From the IMG/VR virus record IMGVR_UViG_3300014208_000023, positions 288,001 through 352,000 of that record: a DNA stretch of 64,000 nt; one strand, given 5' to 3'. The DNA is from a virus. Taxonomy: Duplodnaviria; Caudoviricetes. The notes beneath the pieces were generated by a model. It saw only the letters and a list, made by a program, of their open reading frames with translations, was not told the DNA's origin and did no database searches. Each line of letters opens with the position of its first letter. Position 1 is the stretch's first letter. The position numbers were made by a program, and so were the translations under genes. Below, piece after piece: positions 45,945 to 55,205 of the stretch.

Positions 45945-47891
45945 CTAATTAAGCATCTGATTTCGTTCTTTTTCATTTTCTTGAATTAGAGCAAAATCCT
46001 CTTCTATAATTTCGTTTTCCGTATCAATTTCTTGGGACTCCGGCAAATCAGCAACGGTATTTTTAATAACGTCAAAAATTCCACCCATTAGTGTATTGAC
46101 TGCCTCATTGCCAAGCGTGGTTATTCCTGAAACACGCAATTCTTTGGCTAGTTTTTGAGCCGTGTCGTTTGACTCCATAGCATATGTAAGAGTGACGCCG
46201 CCAATCATACTAACAAAACTGTTGCCTAGCTCTGATGATAGGAAGTCTTTTATTCCTTCGGCCTTATCTTTTGGAAGAGACTTTATGATGGCAGTTCTTG
46301 TTATGTTGTTTAACTGCTTGCCGGCAATCCTGCAGGCTGCCTTATGAACTTCAGACTCGAATTTGGTTTCTCCAAACCTATCAAATAGATCATTTAAAAG
46401 TATTTGGTCATTGTCCGTAATTGTATAACCTTCGTCTTGAGAAGAATCAAAATCACTATAGAAATAATTGTTGTTTGCCTGATCCTGAATGCGCCAAGCC
46501 TTCAATCCAGAATTAGTAATTATTCCTAGGGCAACATACTTATCTAAATCCTTTATTTGGATTTTTCCATTAGCCAAAAGACGATTAATCTTTTCAATCT
46601 CTTTAATATTTTTGGCTTCTTTTTTAGACACATGCGCGTGTGGGTCCAGCGGTATATCTTTAGTATCAATGAAATAAGGAATGTCTTTCTCCAAAACCTT
46701 ATCATTGGCTTTAGAAACTAAAGTTTTAATTTCAGAAAGCGTTGCAGTCATATCTCCTTTAAAATAAGAAGATATTCTTTGCGCAATCGTTATATGATCA
46801 CTGTCTGACCATCTTTCACATTTACTCATTTGTGTAATGAAGTCGTTTCTGTCAATGGCGTTAATATTGACAAGACGCCCAACAAAATCACTCATCTCGT
46901 TGTATGAGCCAGGAATGCGTATTTCTATATCTTTATCTTTTTTAGCCAAATCTTCTTTTATAAGATTTGCCTTCGCTTGTTCTTCTACTGTTCTGCGGGC
47001 AGCGGAACTATTTGCTATAAATATATGATCCGACACCAAAGCCTTATCTAGCTCCAATCCGGTATCTAGAAACTTTAGAAAAGCATTTTTTACATGATCT
47101 GCGCCAACATTTGACCAACTTAAAAAATCTTTTAGACTTACATTGAAGCCGTAACGATTAAGTTGATGAATATCTAAAGGAGGGGCTGAGCCGAATTTTT
47201 TCGCAATACGCTCTTTTGTAAGCTCCTCTACTTTTTTAGTAAGTTCCTCTATTTTTAGAATCTTCTGTTTTTCTTCTTCTTTTTTGGAAGCCGCTAGTCT
47301 TTCAGCGTCAAAAGCCTTGATAAATTCTTCGGCTCTTTCCTTTATTTGTTTTTGATATTTAGCATAATCAACTACGTTTTCTTCTGGCCAAGTCGGCTCA
47401 CTAACAAGCTCTTCTTTTGAGAAGGCGGCTTGCAATTCTTTTTCAAGAGGAAGAAAATCTGATTTAGCATCTACTTTTAGCGTAACTGTTTCAGAAATTG
47501 AACTGCCTAATTTATCCGCTCCAACTGATACTTGTTTTGACATGTCGGAAGCACTATAACGAGCCTTCATGTCGTTGAAGGATTTTTTTGCTTTTAGCCA
47601 CTGGTCGTATTCTATTTTGGATAGAAGTTCTCCATGAAGATAATAATTATCAGGAAGGTTAGCGCCATGAATAGACCCTCTGTTTTCCACGGCAGGCCCA
47701 TCTTCCCTATGAATAACGCCATGTGTAGAGGTTCTATGAAGAGCGGAGCCGTCAGGAAATTTTGTGACGGTTACTGGATAATCATATTCCCATTGTGCCG
47801 ATACAACAAGTTTTCCATTGGAACGGTATATTTTATACCCGGTGTCACTATAAGTAATCATGTTTTTATATAGAAACATATGGCATACCAC
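45945..47891 (-). CDS. Large hypothetical protein with HREDGPA motif and conserved paralogous C-terminal domain
   Basis: 648 aa; C-terminus matches ORF 28526-30832. Confidence 0.75.
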   Translation of the reverse strand: MVCHMFLYKNMITYSDTGYKIYRSNGKLVVSAQWEYDYPVTVTKFPDGSALHRTSTHGVIHREDGPAVENRGSIHGANLPDNYYLHGELLSKIEYDQWLKAKKSFNDMKARYSASDMSKQVSVGADKLGSSISETVTLKVDAKSDFLPLEKELQAAFSKEELVSEPTWPEENVVDYAKYQKQIKERAEEFIKAFDAERLAASKKEEEKQKILKIEELTKKVEELTKERIAKKFGSAPPLDIHQLNRYGFNVSLKDFLSWSNVGADHVKNAFLKFLDTGLELDKALVSDHIFIANSSAARRTVEEQAKANLIKEDLAKKDKDIEIRIPGSYNEMSDFVGRLVNINAIDRNDFITQMSKCERWSDSDHITIAQRISSYFKGDMTATLSEIKTLVSKANDKVLEKDIPYFIDTKDIPLDPHAHVSKKEAKNIKEIEKINRLLANGKIQIKDLDKYVALGIITNSGLKAWRIQDQANNNYFYSDFDSSQDEGYTITDNDQILLNDLFDRFGETKFESEVHKAACRIAGKQLNNITRTAIIKSLPKDKAEGIKDFLSSELGNSFVSMIGGVTLTYAMESNDTAQKLAKELRVSGITTLGNEAVNTLMGGIFDVIKNTVADLPESQEIDTENEIIEEDFALIQENEKERNQMLN

Positions 47892-48891
47892 TATCTCTGT
47901 ATGAGCGGTATTTTTCTGGTAACTTTTTTACCTGTGGAGTAAGAGGTATTCCCCTAAAGTATTGTTTAATTTTCGACGCTTGTAATAATTTTTTACTTAT
48001 AAGTTTGGGCGACATGCTCTTATAAAAGATATTTGTATAGACATCTATATTGGCAGATCCTGAAGAAAAATAAGCGTATGGCCCCTCTATTACGAAGGCG
48101 CGCTTTTTCTTATCTTCTTCTGTGGCCTCTACATATTGGGTGTCTTTAAATCTGTGCATCGGTGCCGTAAGTCTAACTACGGCGCGAGCCAGCATACGCT
48201 CGCCATATTTGGCGTATGGCTTTCCATCAGTAATATACATTACGCCCATGTTAGGATCAATAATGGATCCTATTAAGCAAGTGGATTGTGTCTTACCCCA
48301 AGACTGGCAGGACTTTATGCCTCTCATGCTCATGGTGGCAATATCCCATGGGTGGGTAGAAAAAACTACCTCTAAATCGTCGTTCCAAGAAAGCTCTAGA
48401 TTGGCCCCATCAACTAATAGTTTTTTATATAGTGACAATTTCGCAGTATAAATGCACCCAAATTCCTCTAAATCTTGATAAAGCCTATTTAATAGATCAA
48501 GTAACGAATCGCCTTTTTGATAGGTAATCAACTTGCCACGGTAATAATTATTGACCTTAACTTCGCACGGCAAAACCAACATTCCATTCTTCTTAATAGA
48601 AGATACGGTTATTTTGCTTGCTAGATTAGCTAGCGAGCTTCTCATTAATGTAATGGTAGATGATAATAATAATGACCACCCTTCCCAATTACTAGTATAT
48701 TTTACTAAGGCAGACTTTAGGTTTTTTACATAAGTCTCCATAGAAATATTACACTTGTGTGTGCATGTCTCTCTATAATCGGAAATCTCAAAATCCTTAA
48801 AGCTTTTGATAATTTCGCAATTTTTGATGTGAGAATTGTTTCGAATAAATTCTGGATATTTTTTGTTTTTAAACGTTACTGGAATTTTCAT
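47866..48891 (-). CDS. Hypothetical protein
   Basis: 341-aa ORF with conserved-looking FSTHPWDIATMSMRG..SCQ block. Confidence 0.65.
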   Translation of the reverse strand: MKIPVTFKNKKYPEFIRNNSHIKNCEIIKSFKDFEISDYRETCTHKCNISMETYVKNLKSALVKYTSNWEGWSLLLSSTITLMRSSLANLASKITVSSIKKNGMLVLPCEVKVNNYYRGKLITYQKGDSLLDLLNRLYQDLEEFGCIYTAKLSLYKKLLVDGANLELSWNDDLEVVFSTHPWDIATMSMRGIKSCQSWGKTQSTCLIGSIIDPNMGVMYITDGKPYAKYGERMLARAVVRLTAPMHRFKDTQYVEATEEDKKKRAFVIEGPYAYFSSGSANIDVYTNIFYKSMSPKLISKKLLQASKIKQYFRGIPLTPQVKKLPEKYRSYRDSGMPYVSI

Positions 48892-49316
48892 TACTTTACA
48901 TCTAATATGGATTTAAAGATTATTTTTTGTTTTGGAGTAAGACCCAAATCCAGAATTAGTTGTTTAATTTTCTTATTCTTTTCAACGGATTTTGATGCTT
49001 CCCGCTCATCAATTTCTTTGAGTCGCTTATCTTCTTCTTCTAGAAACTTAATTTCTTTTAGGCCTTTAATAAAGTCATCAACAAAACTATTTCTCATCTT
49101 AAAGAAGACTTGATTGACCGCTATGCTGTTTCGCAGTATTTCAGTTACCACTTTAGTATCTTGAGACAATAATGAAAATAATTCCTTGCAAGCAGGATCG
49201 TCCAAATTAGATTCCATTATCTCTGTCAAAATCTGATTTGATAATGTGCCATAATGGGTATGGTAGGCCCACATGAACTTTTCAAGTGCCGGCCCCAACT
49301 TATTGTTCTTTTTCAT
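48891..49316 (-). CDS. Hypothetical protein with LGLTPKQKIIF tail
   Basis: Member of the C-terminal motif family. Confidence 0.65.
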   Translation of the reverse strand: MKKNNKLGPALEKFMWAYHTHYGTLSNQILTEIMESNLDDPACKELFSLLSQDTKVVTEILRNSIAVNQVFFKMRNSFVDDFIKGLKEIKFLEEEDKRLKEIDEREASKSVEKNKKIKQLILDLGLTPKQKIIFKSILDVK

Positions 49317-49783
49317 TACGTTCCTTCAAAGGCATTAATGTGCAGGCCTAGAGTGCTTAATACCTGCTTTTGTCTCGGAGTCAATCTGGCAGCTCTATAT
49401 AGGGCCTTATTTTCTATAGCCTTTTTGGCAGCCGTTTCTCTGTGTCTTTTAAGAGTTTTAATATTGGTCAAAGCCTTAACTACGTTTGGCGCAAATGACT
49501 TCGTGTTTGAATCAGTTATTCTCTTGAAGAATTTTGCAAGAGAAAACGACTCCTTCATAAGCCTATTTACCTCAATCTCATTTTCAGAGAGAGCGGTAAC
49601 AAACACCACCAGCTCATCTTCTGATAAGGATGAAGAAATGGCCAAACTAATATTGCCATCACTAACTAGCTGATAACATTCAGTATATGAATTATACTCT
49701 AGATAGCCGGTTAGTTGATCGTCTAAAGTCTTATAGACTTTAGCTATTAGTTTCTTAATTTCTGTTTCGTTAGATATCGGCAT
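49316..49783 (-). CDS. Hypothetical protein with ARLTPRQKQVL tail
   Basis: Member of the C-terminal motif family. Confidence 0.6.
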   Translation of the reverse strand: MPISNETEIKKLIAKVYKTLDDQLTGYLEYNSYTECYQLVSDGNISLAISSSLSEDELVVFVTALSENEIEVNRLMKESFSLAKFFKRITDSNTKSFAPNVVKALTNIKTLKRHRETAAKKAIENKALYRAARLTPRQKQVLSTLGLHINAFEGT

Positions 49784-49790
49784 ATTTTTC

Positions 49791-50927
49791 TCATATGAAA
49801 AATTTTAAATTGTTATTTTCTACTTCTTCTTGCTCTTTAAATGTAAGCAAGTGCGGTTCATTATGAATTGCAAGATAGACCGCTTCTTGCCATAATTGTT
49901 TCTTTACTTTATTAAGGTAATCGAAATCAATTTTCGATTTGTTATTAAGCTCAATAGTCCATAGGCGACGAGAAAGAGCTGCGTCTTTAATGAATTTTGA
50001 TTTGTTAGTTGTGGCTCCGAATGAGTTTCGGAGATTAAACCTCTGGGCATCGCGTCTCCAAGGAAGACGAACATCTATAAACCTTGTAGATAGAAGCTGC
50101 TTGAATGTTTCTTGTGACTTCGGGGCTTCCAAAGAAGAAAGCTCGTCAAAGCAAGAAATCGTTTTACCAATGATTCCTTCGATAAACTTCTGCGGGTTCT
50201 TGATATTGCATAGGACTTCGCCGGTTCTGTTGTCAAATGGAGCAGGCAGTAGCTCTCGGAAAAAGGAGGTTTTACCTACGCCGCCAGGACCGGTTAGGAC
50301 GAGGCAGCCGTCAAAAGCTACGCCTGGCTCCATCGCTCTTTTTGCCGTCCCTACAATCCATTTGCGGAAGAGAAATGTGGCATATTCGGCATCAGTCTCC
50401 AATGCCTCGCCATATAGGGAAGGAATGAAGTTTTCTATGATGCTTTCTTGAGAAGTGTCCCAGCCAGCAAAATGATCCTTAAACACCTTTGAGGTAAAAT
50501 CAGTTACGTCAAGAAGCTTGAGCGCACCATCAAAATGTGAATTCAGTGATGCAACCTTAATTCCGGTTTGCCTCATAAACTCATTGACTAAATCCATTTT
50601 CGTGGCAGGGTTCATCATTATCCCGTCCAGAAAGACGTGTCCGCTTTCTTCATCTTTAATGATTCTGCTTGAAACGAAAGGAGAATTGGTAAGCCATTCT
50701 CTAACGAAAACTACCGATGGTTTATAAACAATTTCTTGTTGTTTATTTACGGTGAAATGGCAAGTTGGATATCCAATTGTTTGTATAATTTCCGCCTTGA
50801 TTTGATCTGGCGATTTGGTCTTGAACTTCTGAATGAAGCTTTTAATACCGGCCTTCGCATTGCTTTGAAGAACGGAGCGAGCCAAATTCGTCGCTTCTTT
50901 GGCGAGAAACTTTTCTAAAAATGCCAT
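49791..50927 (-). CDS. VapE/VirE-like P-loop ATPase (phage helicase-related)
   Basis: LVLTGPGGVGKTSF, FDELS, GATTN, RRLW. Confidence 0.85.
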   Translation of the reverse strand: MAFLEKFLAKEATNLARSVLQSNAKAGIKSFIQKFKTKSPDQIKAEIIQTIGYPTCHFTVNKQQEIVYKPSVVFVREWLTNSPFVSSRIIKDEESGHVFLDGIMMNPATKMDLVNEFMRQTGIKVASLNSHFDGALKLLDVTDFTSKVFKDHFAGWDTSQESIIENFIPSLYGEALETDAEYATFLFRKWIVGTAKRAMEPGVAFDGCLVLTGPGGVGKTSFFRELLPAPFDNRTGEVLCNIKNPQKFIEGIIGKTISCFDELSSLEAPKSQETFKQLLSTRFIDVRLPWRRDAQRFNLRNSFGATTNKSKFIKDAALSRRLWTIELNNKSKIDFDYLNKVKKQLWQEAVYLAIHNEPHLLTFKEQEEVENNNLKFFI

Positions 50928-50939
50928 TGTTTTCTTTCT

Positions 50940-51218
50940 TTAACCGAAACGGACTATTTCTTGTGCTTCTTCAAGCTGTTTGGTCATGGACACTATTTTA
51001 TCTGCGGCCATCTTTTTAAGCTGATTATAAACGGATTGTAGTGCTACTTCTGGACTGTCAGAAGTATGGCTAATTGACTTTGCCGAACTATCTTGTGTAG
51101 CTCTAGCAATCCATTTGCCGGAAAATGGTAAGCTTTTGCAATCAACCCATTTATACTCAACAAATCTTCCAAGTTTTTCGGCCTGAATAAGAAGTTCTGT
51201 TGCGGAACGGTTTTCCAT
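50940..51218 (-). CDS. Hypothetical protein
   Basis: 92-aa ORF, weakly similar to next ORF. Confidence 0.55.
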   Translation of the reverse strand: MENRSATELLIQAEKLGRFVEYKWVDCKSLPFSGKWIARATQDSSAKSISHTSDSPEVALQSVYNQLKKMAADKIVSMTKQLEEAQEIVRFG

Positions 51219-51223
51219 TTGAA

Positions 51224-51538
51224 TTATTCTCTTTCTAGAAGGACTTGGAGGTCTTTAGTAAGGTCTTGGAGAGCTTTAGTTTCTTCGGAAAGAACTTTCA
51301 ACTGTTTGACCGCCTCTTTCTTCATCTTCACAATAAGTCCTTCGAGGGCCGCCATAGAGGTTGGGCCGTCCTCAACTAAAGTTATTTTACTACAATTAGA
51401 GTCAAAAGCGGGAAAAGCAGACGCTCTCCAAACATACATGCATTCAAACATAGTTGGGCTAAGCTGAATGCTGGCTCTGCCTATGTGCCGAGCAAGTAGA
51501 TTGGCTGGGCCTATCAGTTCTAATGTAGGATCTTTCAT
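51224..51538 (-). CDS. Hypothetical protein
   Basis: 104-aa ORF. Confidence 0.55.
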   Translation of the reverse strand: MKDPTLELIGPANLLARHIGRASIQLSPTMFECMYVWRASAFPAFDSNCSKITLVEDGPTSMAALEGLIVKMKKEAVKQLKVLSEETKALQDLTKDLQVLLERE

Positions 51539-51575
51539 GTTTTCTTTCTATAAAAAAGGGCAATGTAATTAGAGC

Positions 51576-52073
51576 TTATTTAGATTGATAAGTTTTAAAT
51601 ACCTTATCAAAAGCCAAACTAAATATGCCGTAATTTTTACTCATATTTACGTGATGAATGTTGTGCAGTTCTTGCCAACGACTGAAAAAAGGAAGGCGCT
51701 GCCAAATAGATTTATTCAGATGAAATCCGTCGTGAATGTAATCGTGTAGCAATCCAGTTACAATCATTGATGCAAGCACACATGCACACGTCCATATAGA
51801 TATGCCTATCAGGAAGTGACTTGCTATTACCATAAGCATTATGGGGGAGAATGCAAGAGTAAAAATGAAGGCTGAATTATTTTTTCCAGAACTACGATAA
51901 ACATCGGAAGTCAAATTCCCTGGCGGATATTGAACTGTATGATGATCCATATGGGCCTGATACAAGGGGCCGCAAATTGGATTGTGAAATAATCTGTGCG
52001 TCCAGTATCCCAAAAAAGAAGTGAATAGTGCTGAGCCTGCAATTATAAGTGCGGTAAAAATCATATTTTCCAA
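51576..52073 (-). CDS. Sterol desaturase/fatty acid hydroxylase superfamily membrane protein
   Basis: His boxes HRLFH, HMDHH, HDYIHDGFH, HNIHH, NYGI; transmembrane segments. Confidence 0.85.
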   Translation of the reverse strand: MENMIFTALIIAGSALFTSFLGYWTHRLFHNPICGPLYQAHMDHHTVQYPPGNLTSDVYRSSGKNNSAFIFTLAFSPIMLMVIASHFLIGISIWTCACVLASMIVTGLLHDYIHDGFHLNKSIWQRLPFFSRWQELHNIHHVNMSKNYGIFSLAFDKVFKTYQSK

Positions 52074-52771
52074 TTTATATTATTAACTATTTTATAGATG
52101 GCAGCCCTACTTACTCCGTATTCCTCACCTAGCTTAGCGTTGGAGTATTTGCCAGTAGCAAATTTTGCTCTTATTTCTTTAACTAAAGAAAAATTAAGTT
52201 TGGCTTTGCCATTTTTCTCACCAGAAACATCTTTGCTGTGCTGCACCTTCCAATTTTCTGGCTGGATTTTTCCGAAATTTGGATGTGCAGTACCTAACTT
52301 GCCGTACATTGGCCCATTTTTACCAGAAAGTGCTTTGCTTATTTTGCTTCTAGTTTCCTCAGAAATAGGCTTGCCGAACTTAGGGTGATTTTCTTTTTTT
52401 ATACCGAACAAATAGCTTTTATTGCCTCTGTGGGAGGCAGCTAATTTTTCCTTATGTTCATCTGAAAATTTCAATCCAGATAAGCCTTCTCCGCCTTTTG
52501 TTAAATTACATGCCCATTTGCCATTATTTTCGGGATCGGCAACATAAGTGCCATATTGGTTAATTAATGCCATCTCCATGTCAAGAGCAAATTTTTCGTC
52601 TTTAGTAGCCAAAACAATTTCTCTATTCATGCCATGTTTAGCGGCAACTCTAACCCAATAGTTATTTCTAGGCTTCCCATCAAACACGCGACCATATAGG
52701 CCTTTGCCCACATAAAATGTGTTACCATCATCGGTCTTATCTAGATAAAGATAGAAAACTTTTTTACTCAT
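52061..52771 (-). CDS. GIY-YIG-type homing endonuclease with NUMOD3-like repeats and HTH
   Basis: FYLY...FYVGKG, E..LI, NLTKGGEG, SEEHK/SEETR repeats, YGVSR HTH. Confidence 0.8.
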   Translation of the reverse strand: MSKKVFYLYLDKTDDGNTFYVGKGLYGRVFDGKPRNNYWVRVAAKHGMNREIVLATKDEKFALDMEMALINQYGTYVADPENNGKWACNLTKGGEGLSGLKFSDEHKEKLAASHRGNKSYLFGIKKENHPKFGKPISEETRSKISKALSGKNGPMYGKLGTAHPNFGKIQPENWKVQHSKDVSGEKNGKAKLNFSLVKEIRAKFATGKYSNAKLGEEYGVSRAAIYKIVNNINWKI

Positions 52772-53415
52772 ACAGTAACCGTATTATTATCAGAATCATC
52801 TTCATAATATTCTGTATATACATCTTTTGTAAGACCAAAATCACGAAGAAGAGGCTTTCCATCTAACATGCCCCAAGAGCTAATTTTTATAGCATCACCC
52901 ACTTGAAGTTGTTTGTCTAAAATTAATTTAGATAAACACCTATATAGTGTATTTTTTACAATTTCATCATATTCTTCTGGCTTGCCTTCATGAACTTCAT
53001 TGTTAAATGTCCAATAAATTGCTTTACCAAAAGTTTTGAAACTTATGCCTACTGCATCTTCGAAATCTTCTTCAGTCATAGTTTCGGTCCATCTTACAAT
53101 AATCCATTTAGATTCCGTGTCAGCCGCCAATACGTTATTAAGGCATTCTCCTCTCATTGACATTTCTGCAGAATTTTGTGCTAAACCCTTATCCGAATGA
53201 GCAATTTTCAATACCAAACTATCTGAAATTTGAAATATTGTTCTAGATGAACCCTCGCCTAACTTATCAAAGCTCTCTTCAGCAAGCTCTACTCTATCGT
53301 CAAAATCCTTTAAAGAGCTGATTTCCTTGAGGATTTCATCGTTATTTTTAACGATTTTTCCTACGCTATCAGTAAGCTTCTCGAATTTTTCGGCGGCAAG
53401 AAGAAGATTTTTCAT
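52768..53415 (-). CDS. Protein kinase-like fold protein
   Basis: LGEGSSRTIF, VLKIA, AQNSAE, GDAIKISSWG, LRDFGL. Confidence 0.6.
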   Translation of the reverse strand: MKNLLLAAEKFEKLTDSVGKIVKNNDEILKEISSLKDFDDRVELAEESFDKLGEGSSRTIFQISDSLVLKIAHSDKGLAQNSAEMSMRGECLNNVLAADTESKWIIVRWTETMTEEDFEDAVGISFKTFGKAIYWTFNNEVHEGKPEEYDEIVKNTLYRCLSKLILDKQLQVGDAIKISSWGMLDGKPLLRDFGLTKDVYTEYYEDDSDNNTVTV

Positions 53416-53435
53416 ATCATAATGATGCGATTTTT

Positions 53436-53624
53436 TTATACGATTTTGATCTGAATCGTCCGGAAAACGATTTTAGTTTTGTCTTCTGGTGGAAGCTGAA
53501 GACTGTATAGTTTCGCGTATTTCGACGCATTCGCTTCATTTTCCTCAACCTCAACTACCTCTACTTTGGCAATATTTCTTGTGATTGGAGACATAGTTTC
53601 TTTGTAAATAACATTTGCATACAT
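53436..53624 (-). CDS. Hypothetical protein
   Basis: 62-aa ORF. Confidence 0.45.
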   Translation of the reverse strand: MYANVIYKETMSPITRNIAKVEVVEVEENEANASKYAKLYSLQLPPEDKTKIVFRTIQIKIV

Positions 53625-53633
53625 AAGTCTTAC

Positions 53634-54059
53634 CTATTTAAGTTTCAGCTTGCAGCGTTTAAGCTCTTCCTCGGTTGGAAGATGATGACCCAGATATTCC
53701 TTAAGAATAGATGCGTCGGATGGATTAAGAATTACGAAACGATCAATTGCTAATATCTCATATTCTTGATGATTTAAGAATGATAGCTCTATTTGATGAA
53801 TATGATGATTTAATCCAATTTCAATTCTAGAATCATCTCTAGATTGTAATTGGTGGTCTGTAGAAAATACCATTAGATCACGGCCTACCGTGAGGTTGCA
53901 TTTAGACATGGTATTACGTAATAGTTCTAGGTGCCTAGCCTTGTTTCTAATTATGAATTCTTGTGGAAGAAATGGGCCTTCAAGTTTAATTGCCTCTATA
54001 GGCTCCTCTTCAGGCGGAGGCGATAGCCCCAATAATTGTAGTAAGTGCATTGGGCTCAA
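53634..54059 (-). CDS. Hypothetical protein
   Basis: 141-aa ORF. Confidence 0.55.
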   Translation of the reverse strand: MSPMHLLQLLGLSPPPEEEPIEAIKLEGPFLPQEFIIRNKARHLELLRNTMSKCNLTVGRDLMVFSTDHQLQSRDDSRIEIGLNHHIHQIELSFLNHQEYEILAIDRFVILNPSDASILKEYLGHHLPTEEELKRCKLKLK

Positions 54060-54135
54060 TCAGATGAGGTCTTATGCAGAGATGATTTAATGATCATTAT
54101 CTTTATAAGATTGCTGTTTATTTTTCGCTCCGCGT

Positions 54136-54597
54136 TTAGGAGTTAATTTGTGTTTCATAGGTCCCGCACTGGACCTCATGCTTGCCGCTAGAGCGAAGGG
54201 ATTTCGCGGCTTTAGCTTTTTCTTTTTTTTCTTTTTTTTCTTGTTCGCCATTGTATTTAATGACTTTCAAAATTCTTGTGCCACCAACTTCAGTTGGAAG
54301 CCAGAATATTTTAATAGAACTAATAAGTAGTAGTGGGCATATTTTTTTTGCTGTAACCAAATAACCATTCTTCTCGACTAGAGAAGGATAATGAAATGAC
54401 CGGTTAGGCTCATCTCCTTTTGAGACGTTTATACCCAAAAGGTATGCGTCGCTATATCTATTGTAGCCTACAACTCTACCTTTAATGTTTCCATGAAATT
54501 TGGTTTCGGCCACTATTATATCGCCTATTTTGATATTTGACCTGCAACTTAAATAGTTATCGTATTCTTTTTTTGAAGAGAAATTATTAGGGAACAT
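54136..54597 (-). CDS. Hypothetical protein
   Basis: 153-aa ORF. Confidence 0.55.
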   Translation of the reverse strand: MFPNNFSSKKEYDNYLSCRSNIKIGDIIVAETKFHGNIKGRVVGYNRYSDAYLLGINVSKGDEPNRSFHYPSLVEKNGYLVTAKKICPLLLISSIKIFWLPTEVGGTRILKVIKYNGEQEKKEKKEKAKAAKSLRSSGKHEVQCGTYETQINS

Positions 54598-54619
54598 ATT
54601 TATGTTATACCAAACAAAT

Positions 54620-54651
54620 TGACCCCGTAGAACCTATATTCTACGGGGTCA
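54620..54651 (-). terminator. Probable intrinsic terminator
   Basis: Perfect 13-bp stem TGACCCCGTAGAA/TTCTACGGGGTCA, 6-nt loop, followed on minus strand by ATTTGTTT. Confidence 0.75.
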
Positions 54652-54656
54652 TATTT

Positions 54657-54818
54657 TCATGAAAAACGACTTGAAATCCAAGCAATTACTTTTTGGAAAG
54701 TATTACCTATTGTGGTAATAACTCTTGCTATGATTCCTGTTGGGGCTAGTAAAACAAATCCAACCGATAGTATGATGGCTAGAATTAGCAAGCCTAAAGG
54801 CCAAGTAAGCTCATTCAT
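54657..54818 (-). CDS. Small membrane protein
   Basis: MNELTWPLGLLILAIILSVGFVLL... Confidence 0.55.
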   Translation of the reverse strand: MNELTWPLGLLILAIILSVGFVLLAPTGIIARVITTIGNTFQKVIAWISSRFS

Positions 54819-55134
54819 TATTGTCCTCGTCTTCCTCTGCGTCCATATCAACGGCAGATGCTATCGCCGCAATGTTTTTGGCCGAATCAATTTTCGGGTC
54901 TATCTTGAATATTCCGCCGCCTCGGCCTGCTCGTGGCTTAACGCTGTCGCAGTTATTTACGATTAGGGCAGTGATTCCTGCCGCTACTGAAACTGGGACA
55001 TGAGTTTCTTCTACAATTTGATCTACAAAGTCTTTTGTAGTAAAGCGAGATCCTACTTCCATATTTTCAATTATTGACTCTGCAACTTTTGAGACCGTAG
55101 AGATTGTTTCTGCAATATTTTTTTCGTTAATCAT
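54811..55134 (-). CDS. Hypothetical protein, possible winged-helix with acidic tail
   Basis: GGAG SD before MINEK; RAGRGGGIF. Confidence 0.55.
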   Translation of the reverse strand: MINEKNIAETISTVSKVAESIIENMEVGSRFTTKDFVDQIVEETHVPVSVAAGITALIVNNCDSVKPRAGRGGGIFKIDPKIDSAKNIAAIASAVDMDAEEDEDNNE

Positions 55135-55205
55135 ATTTACTCCGTAATACATACACATAAGAAAGTCATTTTGAAAAGGATGACTCAAACCTAAGTTTAT
55201 AAGAG

